Below, in pieces: positions 1 through 9,225 of a stretch of DNA of 64,000 nt. A model generated the notes under the pieces. It was not told the origin of the DNA. It saw only the letters and a program-made list of their open reading frames with translations, and did not search any database. The DNA lies in the NCBI GenBank assembly GCA_965261345.1, contig OZ253449.1:704001-768000 (forward strand), in the 5' to 3' direction. Each line of letters begins with the position of its first letter. Positions within the stretch are counted from its first letter, which is position 1. The stretch is from Chloroflexota bacterium. Its GTDB lineage: Bacteria > Chloroflexota > UBA11872 > VXNJ01. The translations under genes were made by a program, and so were the position numbers.

Positions 1-651
1 CGGAGGCGCCGCACCACAGAGCAACTTGCGGCCCTGCGTCGCGATTGGCTGGCCGAATACTCGAGCGAATTTGCCGACGATTCAACGCCGATCAACGGGT
101 ATCGGCTGTTCGCCGAGGTCTGGCGCGCGCTGGACCGGCGCCCGTCCACACTGCTGCATGAGTCCGGCGCCAGCCGAGACATTCAATCGGTTTTCTATAC
201 CGCTCGCGAACCGGAAGAATACCTGGGTTGGGGCCAATCGACCCAATTGGGTTTCTCGCTGGGCGCGGCAATGGGCGCAAAACTCGCTCACCCGGAAAGA
301 TTCGTAGTCAACGCCATGGGTGATGCCGCGGTGGGGATGACCGCGATGGATTGGGAAACTGCCGTCCGCGAACAGATCCCCATAACCACAGTCGTAAAGC
401 ACGACTCCAAGTTCTCCGGGTATTCGCACTCCATTCCCGAATCGGCCGCCCGATATGGCTCCGACTCGGTGGCCGGCGATTACGCCGGTGTGGCGCGGGC
501 GCTCGGTTGCGTGGCCGAACGGATCGAAAATCCGGGAGAGCTGCCGGGTGCCTTGGAGCGGGCGGCGATTGCCAACTCCGAGGGCCGACCTGCGGTCCTT
601 GACGTAATTACCAAACCGACCACGCGGCTTTCACGGCGTCGCGTCGGATAG
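1..651 (+). CDS. Thiamine pyrophosphate-dependent enzyme (acetolactate synthase-like), C-terminal part; 5' end lies outside the window
   Basis: Frame 1 is open from base 1 to TAG at 651. Contains LGFSLGAAMGAKLA and the TPP motif GDAAVGM. Confidence 0.85.
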   Translation, partial: RRRRTTEQLAALRRDWLAEYSSEFADDSTPINGYRLFAEVWRALDRRPSTLLHESGASRDIQSVFYTAREPEEYLGWGQSTQLGFSLGAAMGAKLAHPERFVVNAMGDAAVGMTAMDWETAVREQIPITTVVKHDSKFSGYSHSIPESAARYGSDSVAGDYAGVARALGCVAERIENPGELPGALERAAIANSEGRPAVLDVITKPTTRLSRRRVG

Positions 652-666
652 GAAGTCCGTCCGCGA

Positions 667-1848
667 ATGTCGATATACGCCCAACGCTACGGAATGCGCC
701 CGGTCATCAACGCCGCCGGCAACTACACCGCCCTGGGCGGCTCCATCATGGACCCGACAGTTATCGCCGCAATGCAGCAGGCCGCCGCCGATTGGGTAAG
801 CCTGCCTGACCTGCAGCGGCTGGTTGCCGAGGAGGTAGGCAACCTGCTGGGGTTTACGTCGGGCAGCGGATCGGCGGTCCAAATTACCGCCGGAGCGGCG
901 GCGGCCAACATGCTCGCGGCGGCAGCGGCGATCGCGCAGGGTTCGGTTGCGGCCATGGGCCGACTGCCCGACCCGGGAGATCGCCCCTGCGAGATCGTGT
1001 TCCCGGCGCAAATGGGCGGAGTTTGGACCAAAACCTTCGCGATGGCCGGGGCCAGGATCGTGATCGCCCCGACTGAACCGATATTTGATCCGGCGCTAAA
1101 TGGGCGGGTGCTAGCTTCCAGCCTAGATTCGGTCGCTTCAGCGGTAACAGATGCGACCTGCGCAATCGGTGCGGTCCTGACCTGGGAAATGCCGGCGCAA
1201 GGGCTGATTTCGGTCGCCGCGCTCGGATCGCTGGCAGCGCGGTTCGGTCTTCCGCTGTTAGTTGATGCCGCGGCCGAAATTCCGCCAATCGGCCGTATCG
1301 AAGAGCTGCGAGCGGCCGGAGCGACGACCGTGTCCGTCTCTGGCGGCAAAGCGATTGGCGGACCGAATGCCACCGGGATGCTGGTTGGATCCACCCCGTA
1401 CGTGCGTAGTGCCGGCATGATGGCCGCCCCGCAGGAAGGCATGCTGGGGCGGGTAGCCAAGGTAGCCCGCGAACAGCTGGTCGGTTTGCACGTGGCGGTA
1501 GAGCAATATCTGCAATCGGACGAAGCGGAAATGTTGTCCGCCTGGGAGCGCCGCTGCGATGAGGTCACCGATTCGGTCGGAGACGTTGCGGGGATGCGCA
1601 TCGAGCGGGTCTGTCCGGATGAAACCGGGTTGCCGGTCCCCAGGTTGCGAATCCACCTGGGTCCGCAATCGGGAACTGACCCAGTTGAGAAGATCACCAA
1701 CGAGCTACGGACCGGTGAGTTCGACGTTCGCCTCCGCGGCGGATATCCCGGAGCCCGCTTTCTCAACGTGGATGTGGCTTGCCTGCGCCGCGGCGAGGCC
1801 GCCATCGTCGGACGGCGACTGCGCGAAGAGATCCTCGCTGCGAGTTAG
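667..1848 (+). CDS. SelA-like PLP-dependent enzyme (DgaE/SelA-related family)
   Basis: N-terminal RPVINAAGNYTALGGS, VDAAAE, PLP lysine in SGGKAIGGP, and GRVAKVARE. Confidence 0.8.
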   Translation: MSIYAQRYGMRPVINAAGNYTALGGSIMDPTVIAAMQQAAADWVSLPDLQRLVAEEVGNLLGFTSGSGSAVQITAGAAAANMLAAAAAIAQGSVAAMGRLPDPGDRPCEIVFPAQMGGVWTKTFAMAGARIVIAPTEPIFDPALNGRVLASSLDSVASAVTDATCAIGAVLTWEMPAQGLISVAALGSLAARFGLPLLVDAAAEIPPIGRIEELRAAGATTVSVSGGKAIGGPNATGMLVGSTPYVRSAGMMAAPQEGMLGRVAKVAREQLVGLHVAVEQYLQSDEAEMLSAWERRCDEVTDSVGDVAGMRIERVCPDETGLPVPRLRIHLGPQSGTDPVEKITNELRTGEFDVRLRGGYPGARFLNVDVACLRRGEAAIVGRRLREEILAAS

Positions 1849-2401
1849 ATAAGTCCCCAAGTCGGTCCGCACGACATGGAGGATTTAACCGCCAGCGAAG
1901 CCGGGGTGGGAGCGGCTCCACTGATTAGATGGGCGTGGGAAGTCGCCTAACGGGGCTGCCAGCGCGGGCGCAATTGGCCCGAGAATCCGCAGATTGATTT
2001 GGGTTGGGGCCCTTAACCGGGCGGTCCGATTTAGACAGCCAGGTGCCCAGGGGCGGGTGTAAGGCCGATCCGCCAATACCTTGTAAATCAGCTAGGTAGC
2101 GCGCGCCGCGACCGGATGCTGGGGGCGGTGCGATGCGGCAAAACCCTACTTTCCACACAGCCAGAGGCGCTACTGGAAGATGCCAAGGCAATCTAGCAAA
2201 CGGTAGAGCGTCCCGCTCCCCGGCACCGCCATAATCCCTGGTCTTGTATTAAGGTTCCTCAAGGTGGTACATTGGCTTAGCGCGCTCGCCTCACGCGAGA
2301 ATGGGATTGTGAACCGATAGGCTGTCGGGTCGAAGTCCAAGATATCTTCAACTTATGGTGATTTCCCATCCCCGAGCTGACGCTTCAATCGGAGGCCTCT
2401 C

Positions 2402-4336
2402 ATTTCTGCACGTCGAATAGACGCGATAGACGAACCGGGCGACCTTAAGGAATTAACCCACGAGGAGTTGGCTCAGGTCGCCGAGGAATTGCGCGAAACG
2501 ATCATCTCGGTAATTACTGACCGCGGTGGACACCTAGCTTCAAACCTAGGGGTCGTCGAGCTGACGCTGGCACTTCATCGCGCGTTCAACAGCCCCGCGG
2601 ACAGCCTGGTCTGGGATACCACCAACCAGACCTATACCCACAAGCTGGTGACCGGGCGGCGCGACGAATTTCAGAGCATTCGCCTTGCGGGTGGACTTTC
2701 CGGATTCGGTGAGCCAAACGAAAGTCCGCACGATACGCTCGCTGCCGGCCACGCCGGCACCGGACTTTCGATCGCTCTTGGAATGTCGCTGGGGGCGGCG
2801 AATCGTGGTTCGGATTCTTGGACCGTAGCGGTGGTCGGTGATGGCGCGATGACTTCCGGATCGAGCTTTGAGGCGCTGAACAATATCGTGCACCTCAATC
2901 CCGAGAATTTCGTCGTTGTCCTCAACGACAACGGTATGTCGATCTCTGAGAACATCGGCTTTCTCACCAATTGGCGCAAACGCGTAATCACGCATCCCGA
3001 ATACCAGGCGATGATCGGTCGGATGAAGGCACTTTCCCGGAAGGTGCCGACCGGTGGGATCATGTACGACCTCGTCAAGCGTTTAAATACCGGCCTTGCC
3101 GGATTCATCGTGCCCACGATGTTTTGGACCGAGATGGGATTTCAGTATCTAGGTCCCGTCGATGGTCACGACTTCAAGCAACTGGAAGAGACGCTACAGC
3201 AAGCTCGAACGCCAACCGGCCTCGTGCCGTTGGTACATGTGGTAACACACAAGGGGCGCGGCTACGAACCTGCCGAGGACGACCCAGTCAAGTTTCATCA
3301 ACCTAGTTCGCCATTGGCCGATGCGCCGGGCGCGCCCACGTACTCGCAGGTGTTCGCCCAGACGCTGGGCCGTCTAATGCGCGAGGACGAGTCGGTGGTT
3401 GGTATTAGCGCGGCAATGCTTGAGGGTACCGGGCTGGTAGGGATTCAACGCGAATTCCCAGAACGGATCTTCGATGTTGGCATCGCCGAGCAACACGCGT
3501 TAAGCATGGCGGCCGGAATGGCATCCGCTGGACTTAAGCCATTTGTTTCGATTTATTCAACTTTCCTCCAGCGGGCGTTCGACCAAGTCGTTCACGACGT
3601 CTGCCTCCAAAACCTGCCGGTGACGCTTATTGCCGACCGCGCGGGCATTGTTGGGGAAGACGGTAAGACGCATCACGGCGCATTCGACATCTCGTACCTG
3701 CGGTGCCTTCCCAATGCGATCGTGGCGGCCCCCATGAACGAAAACGATCTACAGCACCTCATCTACACCGCTTACAGATATCCGGGGCCGTTTGCCATCC
3801 GAATCGCACGGGGGGCAGCATTGGGCACACCCCTCGACGAGGATCTGCGGGAACTACCGATCGGGAAAGGCTACGTCGTCAGAGAGGGCAGTGACGTGGT
3901 GATTTTTGCTTTGGGCAAGTCGGCCAGCGCAGCCGCAAGCGCGGCCGAAATTCTCGCCGCAAATGATATTTCATGCGGGGTAATCAATCCGATTTTCGTC
4001 AAGCCGCTCGACGCTGATCTGCTGTTGGGGGCGGCCCGCACTACCCGCCGCATCGTAACCGTGGAAGAAAACGTGCTGGCCGGAGGGTTCGGCTCTGCGG
4101 TGCTCGAATTGATTGCCGCCGCCGGGCTGGAGGACGTATCGGTGCACCGTATCGGGATGCCAGATTCCTTCATTGAGCACGGCACGGCGGCCGAGCAGCG
4201 AGGGCGGTTGCAGTTGGACGGGTCGGGCATCGCCCAGCAAGTCCAGGATGTCTTCTTCCCTAATCTGGGCGGCCCTGGGCAACAGGGTGAGACCATCGAT
4301 AGTGGCCACAAACGCAAACAGGCCGCGAGCTTATAA
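2402..4336 (+). CDS. dxs: 1-deoxy-D-xylulose-5-phosphate synthase (probable ATT start; the ORF track starts it at 2468)
   Basis: GGHLASNLGVVELT, GDGA..NDN TPP motif, DVGIAEQHA, YSTFLQRAFDQ, DRAG. The conserved N-terminus IDEPGDLKEL is in frame upstream of 2468, and GGAGG lies at 2391-2395. Confidence 0.93.
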   Translation: MSARRIDAIDEPGDLKELTHEELAQVAEELRETIISVITDRGGHLASNLGVVELTLALHRAFNSPADSLVWDTTNQTYTHKLVTGRRDEFQSIRLAGGLSGFGEPNESPHDTLAAGHAGTGLSIALGMSLGAANRGSDSWTVAVVGDGAMTSGSSFEALNNIVHLNPENFVVVLNDNGMSISENIGFLTNWRKRVITHPEYQAMIGRMKALSRKVPTGGIMYDLVKRLNTGLAGFIVPTMFWTEMGFQYLGPVDGHDFKQLEETLQQARTPTGLVPLVHVVTHKGRGYEPAEDDPVKFHQPSSPLADAPGAPTYSQVFAQTLGRLMREDESVVGISAAMLEGTGLVGIQREFPERIFDVGIAEQHALSMAAGMASAGLKPFVSIYSTFLQRAFDQVVHDVCLQNLPVTLIADRAGIVGEDGKTHHGAFDISYLRCLPNAIVAAPMNENDLQHLIYTAYRYPGPFAIRIARGAALGTPLDEDLRELPIGKGYVVREGSDVVIFALGKSASAAASAAEILAANDISCGVINPIFVKPLDADLLLGAARTTRRIVTVEENVLAGGFGSAVLELIAAAGLEDVSVHRIGMPDSFIEHGTAAEQRGRLQLDGSGIAQQVQDVFFPNLGGPGQQGETIDSGHKRKQAASL

Positions 4337-5363
4337 GTCCGTAGCCTTCCAGTTCGCCGCCCGACCACCTAACCCTGGAAATGCCCTGCGGCCACCGAGG
4401 TTAGGCCTAGAGAAAAACCTGGCCACGCGCTTCCGGCGCCACCGATCACGTGTCATCTTTGGGCCGTACATTTGAAATTGACCGCATCCGGTTGGAAGCT
4501 GAACCCGAACGCGCTAAAGATAACGCTTTCGGGATAAATTTTGGCGACCTGTCGCTCCGGATCGGGCTGGGGACGCGCCAACTCAGCAATTGTTTTAGGG
4601 TGTCCTGCTCGCGCCGCAACTGTCAACCTTTGCCAATTCCCCGAGCAAGCTAGATATGGCGCCCAGGCTGGTCTGTTGCCGATGCCATCAGATGGCCTTT
4701 GGGTGCCGGCGAATCGGCCCAACGGCCGCGGGGTTTTACAGGGCGTCATCAGGCCATTTCTAAACCCGCTGGGATTGTTGCGTCGCCAATAAAAGACGCC
4801 CAAAATCAGAGTTTTTATAGATACCGGATTGCGCTACTGATGGTGGCCGTCTGGCGCCACGAAACGAGTGTGGATGGACTGGAAATGCAGGTCCCGTGGT
4901 GCCATGAGAGTGCCACAGCCAAACAAGCCCGCGCGGTCGATCCGATCGCCGTGGCGGTGTGCCGGACGAAAGAGAATTCCGCACTAATCGGCAAACGTTC
5001 AGCGCCGACGCCGATTATTTCCCGCGAGTGCAGCGGCGGTAGCAAATTCTTAATCGATAAGCCTGCAGGGCCGGCCAATTCTCTAGATCATCGACGCTGC
5101 GGGGAAGATTCGCGGCGCACCCCCCCCCGGGGGGGGCATCGCGCGAGACATGTTTTTTATTTACGATCAACCGCGCGCCGCCAGAACCTAGCGATCAATT
5201 CGCCAATTGGGTCGATCGAGGGGTGGACTGGCGAGCAATGTGGTTGTTTTCAATTTCCAGGATACGCACGATCCGGTAAGGCGATTGTCTTGTAGAGTAA
5301 AAAAACGCCTCGGGCTGAATTAGGGCTTGGCTCCAGGTCACTGGCGAATGGCGGGAAAATCGG

Positions 5364-6251
5364 ATGGGGTTCCCCGAGTTGGGCGGTCGCACGCGGTGGA
5401 GCGTGGCGGAATCTTACGAATATTGCCGCAAACTCGCTCGGTTGCACTACGAAAACTTCCCTGTTGCGTCATGGATCCTACCAAGGGAAAAACGCCCGCA
5501 CGTCTACGCCATCTATGCGTTTTGCCGCGTCGTCGATGACTTAGGTGACGAGGCCGAAGGAGACCGCCTAGCCCTTTTGGACGCGTGGGAAGAGGAGTTG
5601 CACCGGTGCTACTTGTCGCGTCCCAGCCACCCGGTAACCATCGCATTGCACGAGACCATCCAACGCTTTCACATTCCGCAGGAGCCGTTCCAAAAGCTAA
5701 TCAAAGCCAATCGCATCGACCAGGTCGCCAAGCGCCACGCTACCTACGAGGACCTGCTGGACTACTGCGAGCACTCGGCCAATCCGGTCGGGCATCTATT
5801 TTTGCGGCTGTTTGGGTACCAGGATGAAGAGAGGCAGCTCTTGGCCGACGCCACGTGCACTGCGCTCCAGCTCACTAACTTCTGGCAGGACGTACGCCGT
5901 GACCTGGAGATGGGTCGCGTATATATTCCGCAAGAGGACTTGCAACGATTTGGGTGCCAAGTCAATCAGTTGCGGGCCGGGGACGCCGACGAGCGGTTTC
6001 GGCGTCTCATGAGATTCCAAGTTGAGCGCACACGTGACCTCTTTACCCAAGGCGCCAGGTTAGTGGGTATGGTGGATGGGGCGGCGCGATTCGACATCGC
6101 CCTCTTCACTCTCGGGGGTTTGCACATCCTGAACGCAATCGAGCGCCAAGGATACGATGTTCTCAGCAACCGCCCAACCATTTCCACAATTGCCAAAACT
6201 TGGTTGGTTGCAAGCACGGCAATCAGGCTGAAGTTACGACCAAGAATCTGA
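5364..6251 (+). CDS. hpnC: Hydroxysqualene synthase HpnC
   Basis: HYENFPVASWILP, IYAFCRVVDDLGDE, SANPVG, LQLTNFWQDV, GRVYIP. Confidence 0.9.
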   Translation: MGFPELGGRTRWSVAESYEYCRKLARLHYENFPVASWILPREKRPHVYAIYAFCRVVDDLGDEAEGDRLALLDAWEEELHRCYLSRPSHPVTIALHETIQRFHIPQEPFQKLIKANRIDQVAKRHATYEDLLDYCEHSANPVGHLFLRLFGYQDEERQLLADATCTALQLTNFWQDVRRDLEMGRVYIPQEDLQRFGCQVNQLRAGDADERFRRLMRFQVERTRDLFTQGARLVGMVDGAARFDIALFTLGGLHILNAIERQGYDVLSNRPTISTIAKTWLVASTAIRLKLRPRI

Positions 6252-6279
6252 ACTTTTCGCCTTCGGATACGGAAAGGAG

Positions 6280-7158
6280 GTGTTCATGCCAACCGAGTTG
6301 GACCGAGCCTATGAGTTCTGCCGAACGTTAACCAAAAAGCGCGCCAAGAACTTCTACTACGGCTTCATTACGCTTCCCGCCCGCAAGCGCCGGGCCGTAT
6401 ACGCCATGTACGCCTTCTGCCGCCAGTGCGACGACGCCGCGGACGATATCACCGACGACGATGAGCGGTCACGACTTCTCATCGAGCAACGGACCGGACT
6501 TGCCAGAACCTACGCCGGCCGGCCGGAGGGACCGGTCTTTGTCGCCATGCATGACGCCATCAATACCTATTGCATTCCCTTGGAATACTTGGTAGCGGTA
6601 ATCGACGGCGTCGAAATGGACAGCTTCAAGACGCGATATTCAACATTTGAGGACCTGAAGGAATACTGCTATTTGGTGGCGTGCTCGGTGGGGCTTGTCT
6701 GCATCGAGATATTTGGGTACAGCGACGCCAGCGCCAGAGAGCACGCCGTGGATTTGGGGATGGCAATGCAGCTGACCAACATCCTCCGAGACGTGGAAGA
6801 GGACGGCAGGCGAAGCCGTGTGTACATACCGCAGGAGGATCTGGACCGTTTCGGTTACTCAGAGGAAGAGCTCTTCCGGGGGGCGGTCAACGATAACTTT
6901 AAGGCGCTGATGCGATTTCAGGCTGAACGCGCCCAGGCGCATTTCAGCCGGGCTGAAAAGCTGTTTCCGCTTCTGTCGCCGCGCTCCCGAGCCTGTCCGG
7001 CAGTGCTTCACGCGACCTACAAACGCCTTCTAGATCGAATTGAGGATTCCGGCTACAACGTTTTTGGCAGTAGGATAAGCCTTGGCGCGGGCGAAAAGCT
7101 CGCGCTGATGGCACGACTTTGGGCAAACCAATTAGCAACAATAGCCGCGGGAAAGTAG
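6280..7158 (+). CDS. hpnD: Presqualene diphosphate synthase HpnD
   Basis: AKNFYYGF, YAFCRQCDDAADD, AMQLTNILRDVEED, RVYIP. Strong SD AAGGAGG upstream; lies between hpnC and hpnE. Confidence 0.9.
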   Translation: MFMPTELDRAYEFCRTLTKKRAKNFYYGFITLPARKRRAVYAMYAFCRQCDDAADDITDDDERSRLLIEQRTGLARTYAGRPEGPVFVAMHDAINTYCIPLEYLVAVIDGVEMDSFKTRYSTFEDLKEYCYLVACSVGLVCIEIFGYSDASAREHAVDLGMAMQLTNILRDVEEDGRRSRVYIPQEDLDRFGYSEEELFRGAVNDNFKALMRFQAERAQAHFSRAEKLFPLLSPRSRACPAVLHATYKRLLDRIEDSGYNVFGSRISLGAGEKLALMARLWANQLATIAAGK

Positions 7159-8516
7159 TTGTTCTTGGCGGCGGACTGGCTGGCATTGCGGCCGCCTGCG
7201 AACTAGCCGATCGCGGCTACGAAGCGGTATTGGTCGAGAAACGGCCCTTCCTAGGAGGGAGGGCGTTTTCGTTTCCCGAACCCGAAACGGGCCAGGTTAT
7301 TGACAACGGCCAGCATGTATTCCTAGGTTGCTGTACGGCTTACATCGCCTTCCTTGAGAAACTGGGAGTCTTGGCGAACACCCATGTTCCGACCGAGCTA
7401 AACATCCCTGTGCTCGGAAAGGGCGGAAGGAAGGTTTTCCTTCGCAGTGCCAACCTGCCTGCCCCTTTTCACCTTGTTCCCACCGTGCTTGGCTACACCC
7501 ACATTTCCCTAAAAGATAGATTTCGGGTGCTTTACGGGGGCCTGCGCATCGCTTTGGCGGGGCGCAGGCGGGGGAGGGGCAGATTGGACAAAATCACGTT
7601 TGGCAATTGGCTCAAGCAGCATCGCCAGAGCGACCACGCCATTGCCAGGTTCTGGAACCTGATAGTCCTGCCCACACTAAACGACGACATATCCAAGGTG
7701 AGTGCGGATATGGGATTGATGGTTTTCCGGGAAGGAATCCTTAAAACCAAGCTGAGCGCTGGCATTGGATACGCCAAGGTGGGCCTCACCGATCTGGTAT
7801 CCGAGGCCACCGGCTGCTACCTATCTTCACGCGGTGGAAACGTGACATTGAGTACCGGAGCCAGAAAAATTGTTGTCGAGGGCGACACCGTAATTGGAAT
7901 CGAGACGTCGGCTGGTTTGATTGCCGGCGATTGGTACATTTCCGCTCTTCCCTCTGATGACCTCTTGGCCGTGCTGCCCTCGCCCGTCGCCGACGGGGCG
8001 TTTTTCGCACGGGCCAAGAGACTATCATATTCGCCCATCGTCGACGTGCACATCTGGTACGACCGTCCGGTGATGGATGAGGCCTTCGCCGGCTTTGTTG
8101 ATTGCCGCTTACAGTGGGTGTTTAACAAGACTTGGATGCAGGGTGAATCGGAATCGTCGGGGCAGTATTTGTGCATCTCGCTTAGCGGCGCTTGGGAGTA
8201 TGCCGACATGCCGAAAGAGGCGATACGAAAATTGTTCCTGGAAGAGATGCGGCGTGTCTTCCCGCACGCGCGCGAGGCGCGAGTGGAACGCCTGTTGGTA
8301 GTAAAGCAGCCCCGCGCCACCTTTCGCTCGCTTCCGGGAATTGGCCTCCACCGGTTGCCCAGCGCAACACCGGTCGCAAATCTATTACTGGCCGGCGAGT
8401 GGGTTGACACAGGTTGGCCCGGCACGATGGAGGGGGCGGTTCGCAGCGGTCAGACGGCAGCAAATACACTGGTCGACCTCGAAATCGGCAGGCAAAACGA
8501 TTCATTCGGATCGTGA
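7119..8516 (+). CDS. hpnE: Hydroxysqualene dehydroxylase HpnE (FAD-dependent)
   Basis: GGGLAGIAAA FAD motif, LGGRAFSF, IDNGQHVFLGC, TGWPGTMEGAVRSG. Confidence 0.9.
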   Translation: MGKPISNNSRGKVVVLGGGLAGIAAACELADRGYEAVLVEKRPFLGGRAFSFPEPETGQVIDNGQHVFLGCCTAYIAFLEKLGVLANTHVPTELNIPVLGKGGRKVFLRSANLPAPFHLVPTVLGYTHISLKDRFRVLYGGLRIALAGRRRGRGRLDKITFGNWLKQHRQSDHAIARFWNLIVLPTLNDDISKVSADMGLMVFREGILKTKLSAGIGYAKVGLTDLVSEATGCYLSSRGGNVTLSTGARKIVVEGDTVIGIETSAGLIAGDWYISALPSDDLLAVLPSPVADGAFFARAKRLSYSPIVDVHIWYDRPVMDEAFAGFVDCRLQWVFNKTWMQGESESSGQYLCISLSGAWEYADMPKEAIRKLFLEEMRRVFPHAREARVERLLVVKQPRATFRSLPGIGLHRLPSATPVANLLLAGEWVDTGWPGTMEGAVRSGQTAANTLVDLEIGRQNDSFGS

Positions 8517-8937
8517 CTTTTGAGCCGGTCGATCCCTTTGCTTTACCAAGATAGTTGCAGTGATTCGTGACCTTTAATTTGGTTCCACGTGGTGTAAATT
8601 CGCAGCACTCCGATTCGGTGTCGGCCGCGGTCGACAAATCTTCAACGACGCCATTTAACAGTTGGGCGGCGGCTTCCAATTCTGCTGGCGAAAGTAGCCG
8701 CCGCTTTGGCTGCCGGCGCCAGATTGGAGCGCTTTTGGCGGGGCAGCACTAAGGCGAGATTGAGGCCAAATCCTACCCGAACATGTCTTTTCTTAAAAAA
8801 AGAGCAACGTAGGGAGTTGGCGCTGATTGCTATCGCTTAAGTTTCAGCGAAGAAAATCAGGCCAAATTCGATCGGGTGACGCCATTGCCAATTGCAGATC
8901 TTATCAGCGCAAAACTGTCAAACCGGGAGGCGGTGCG

Positions 8938-9012
8938 ATGGAAACCCTCAAGCTTGCAGAATTCGCCCTCGGCGTCGTAGCTGCCAACTTGGTCATGTGG
9001 ACAGCGATGTGA
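8938..9012 (+). CDS. 24-aa hydrophobic small ORF (METLKLAEFALGVVAANLVMWTAM), or the 5' part of a nonsense-disrupted membrane-protein gene continuing to 9222
   Basis: GGAGG SD at 8926-8930, 7 nt before ATG. The same frame stays open after the TGA to 9222. Confidence 0.4.
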   Translation: METLKLAEFALGVVAANLVMWTAM

Positions 9013-9188
9013 AGGGTTTTGCCAAACCGCAAAAGCGCACTCCCCGTGGTCGAGCGCGCGGTCGGGTTCGGCTACGGCATTGTCCGCATACCGTTGGTCA
9101 CCGCATGCGTTTTATCCGAGGCTCAATTGGCTACAGGCAAACCAACGTGGTGTGGTATTGGCGTAAAGACCGCCAGGAAATCAATCAG

Positions 9189-9224
9189 AAAAGGGGCTCA
9201 ACGCCGCAGCTCCGGAAGTTGAGC
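9189..9224 (-). terminator. Possible intrinsic terminator after the oxygenase gene
   Basis: GCTCAAC/GTTGAGC inverted repeat directly after the stop, followed by CCCTTTT on the minus strand. Confidence 0.35.
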
Positions 9225-9225
9225 T

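Noticed and set aside
667-1848. Selenocysteine synthase selA
   Set aside because: Shorter SelA-like family, and no selB or selC nearby.
4699-5295. 198-aa ORF between dxs and hpnC
   Set aside because: No recognisable motifs, no SD, and it runs through the C9G8 tract.
8581-8596. parS-like GGTTCCACGTGGTGTA
   Set aside because: Only one half-site matches the parS palindrome, and no parB is in the window.
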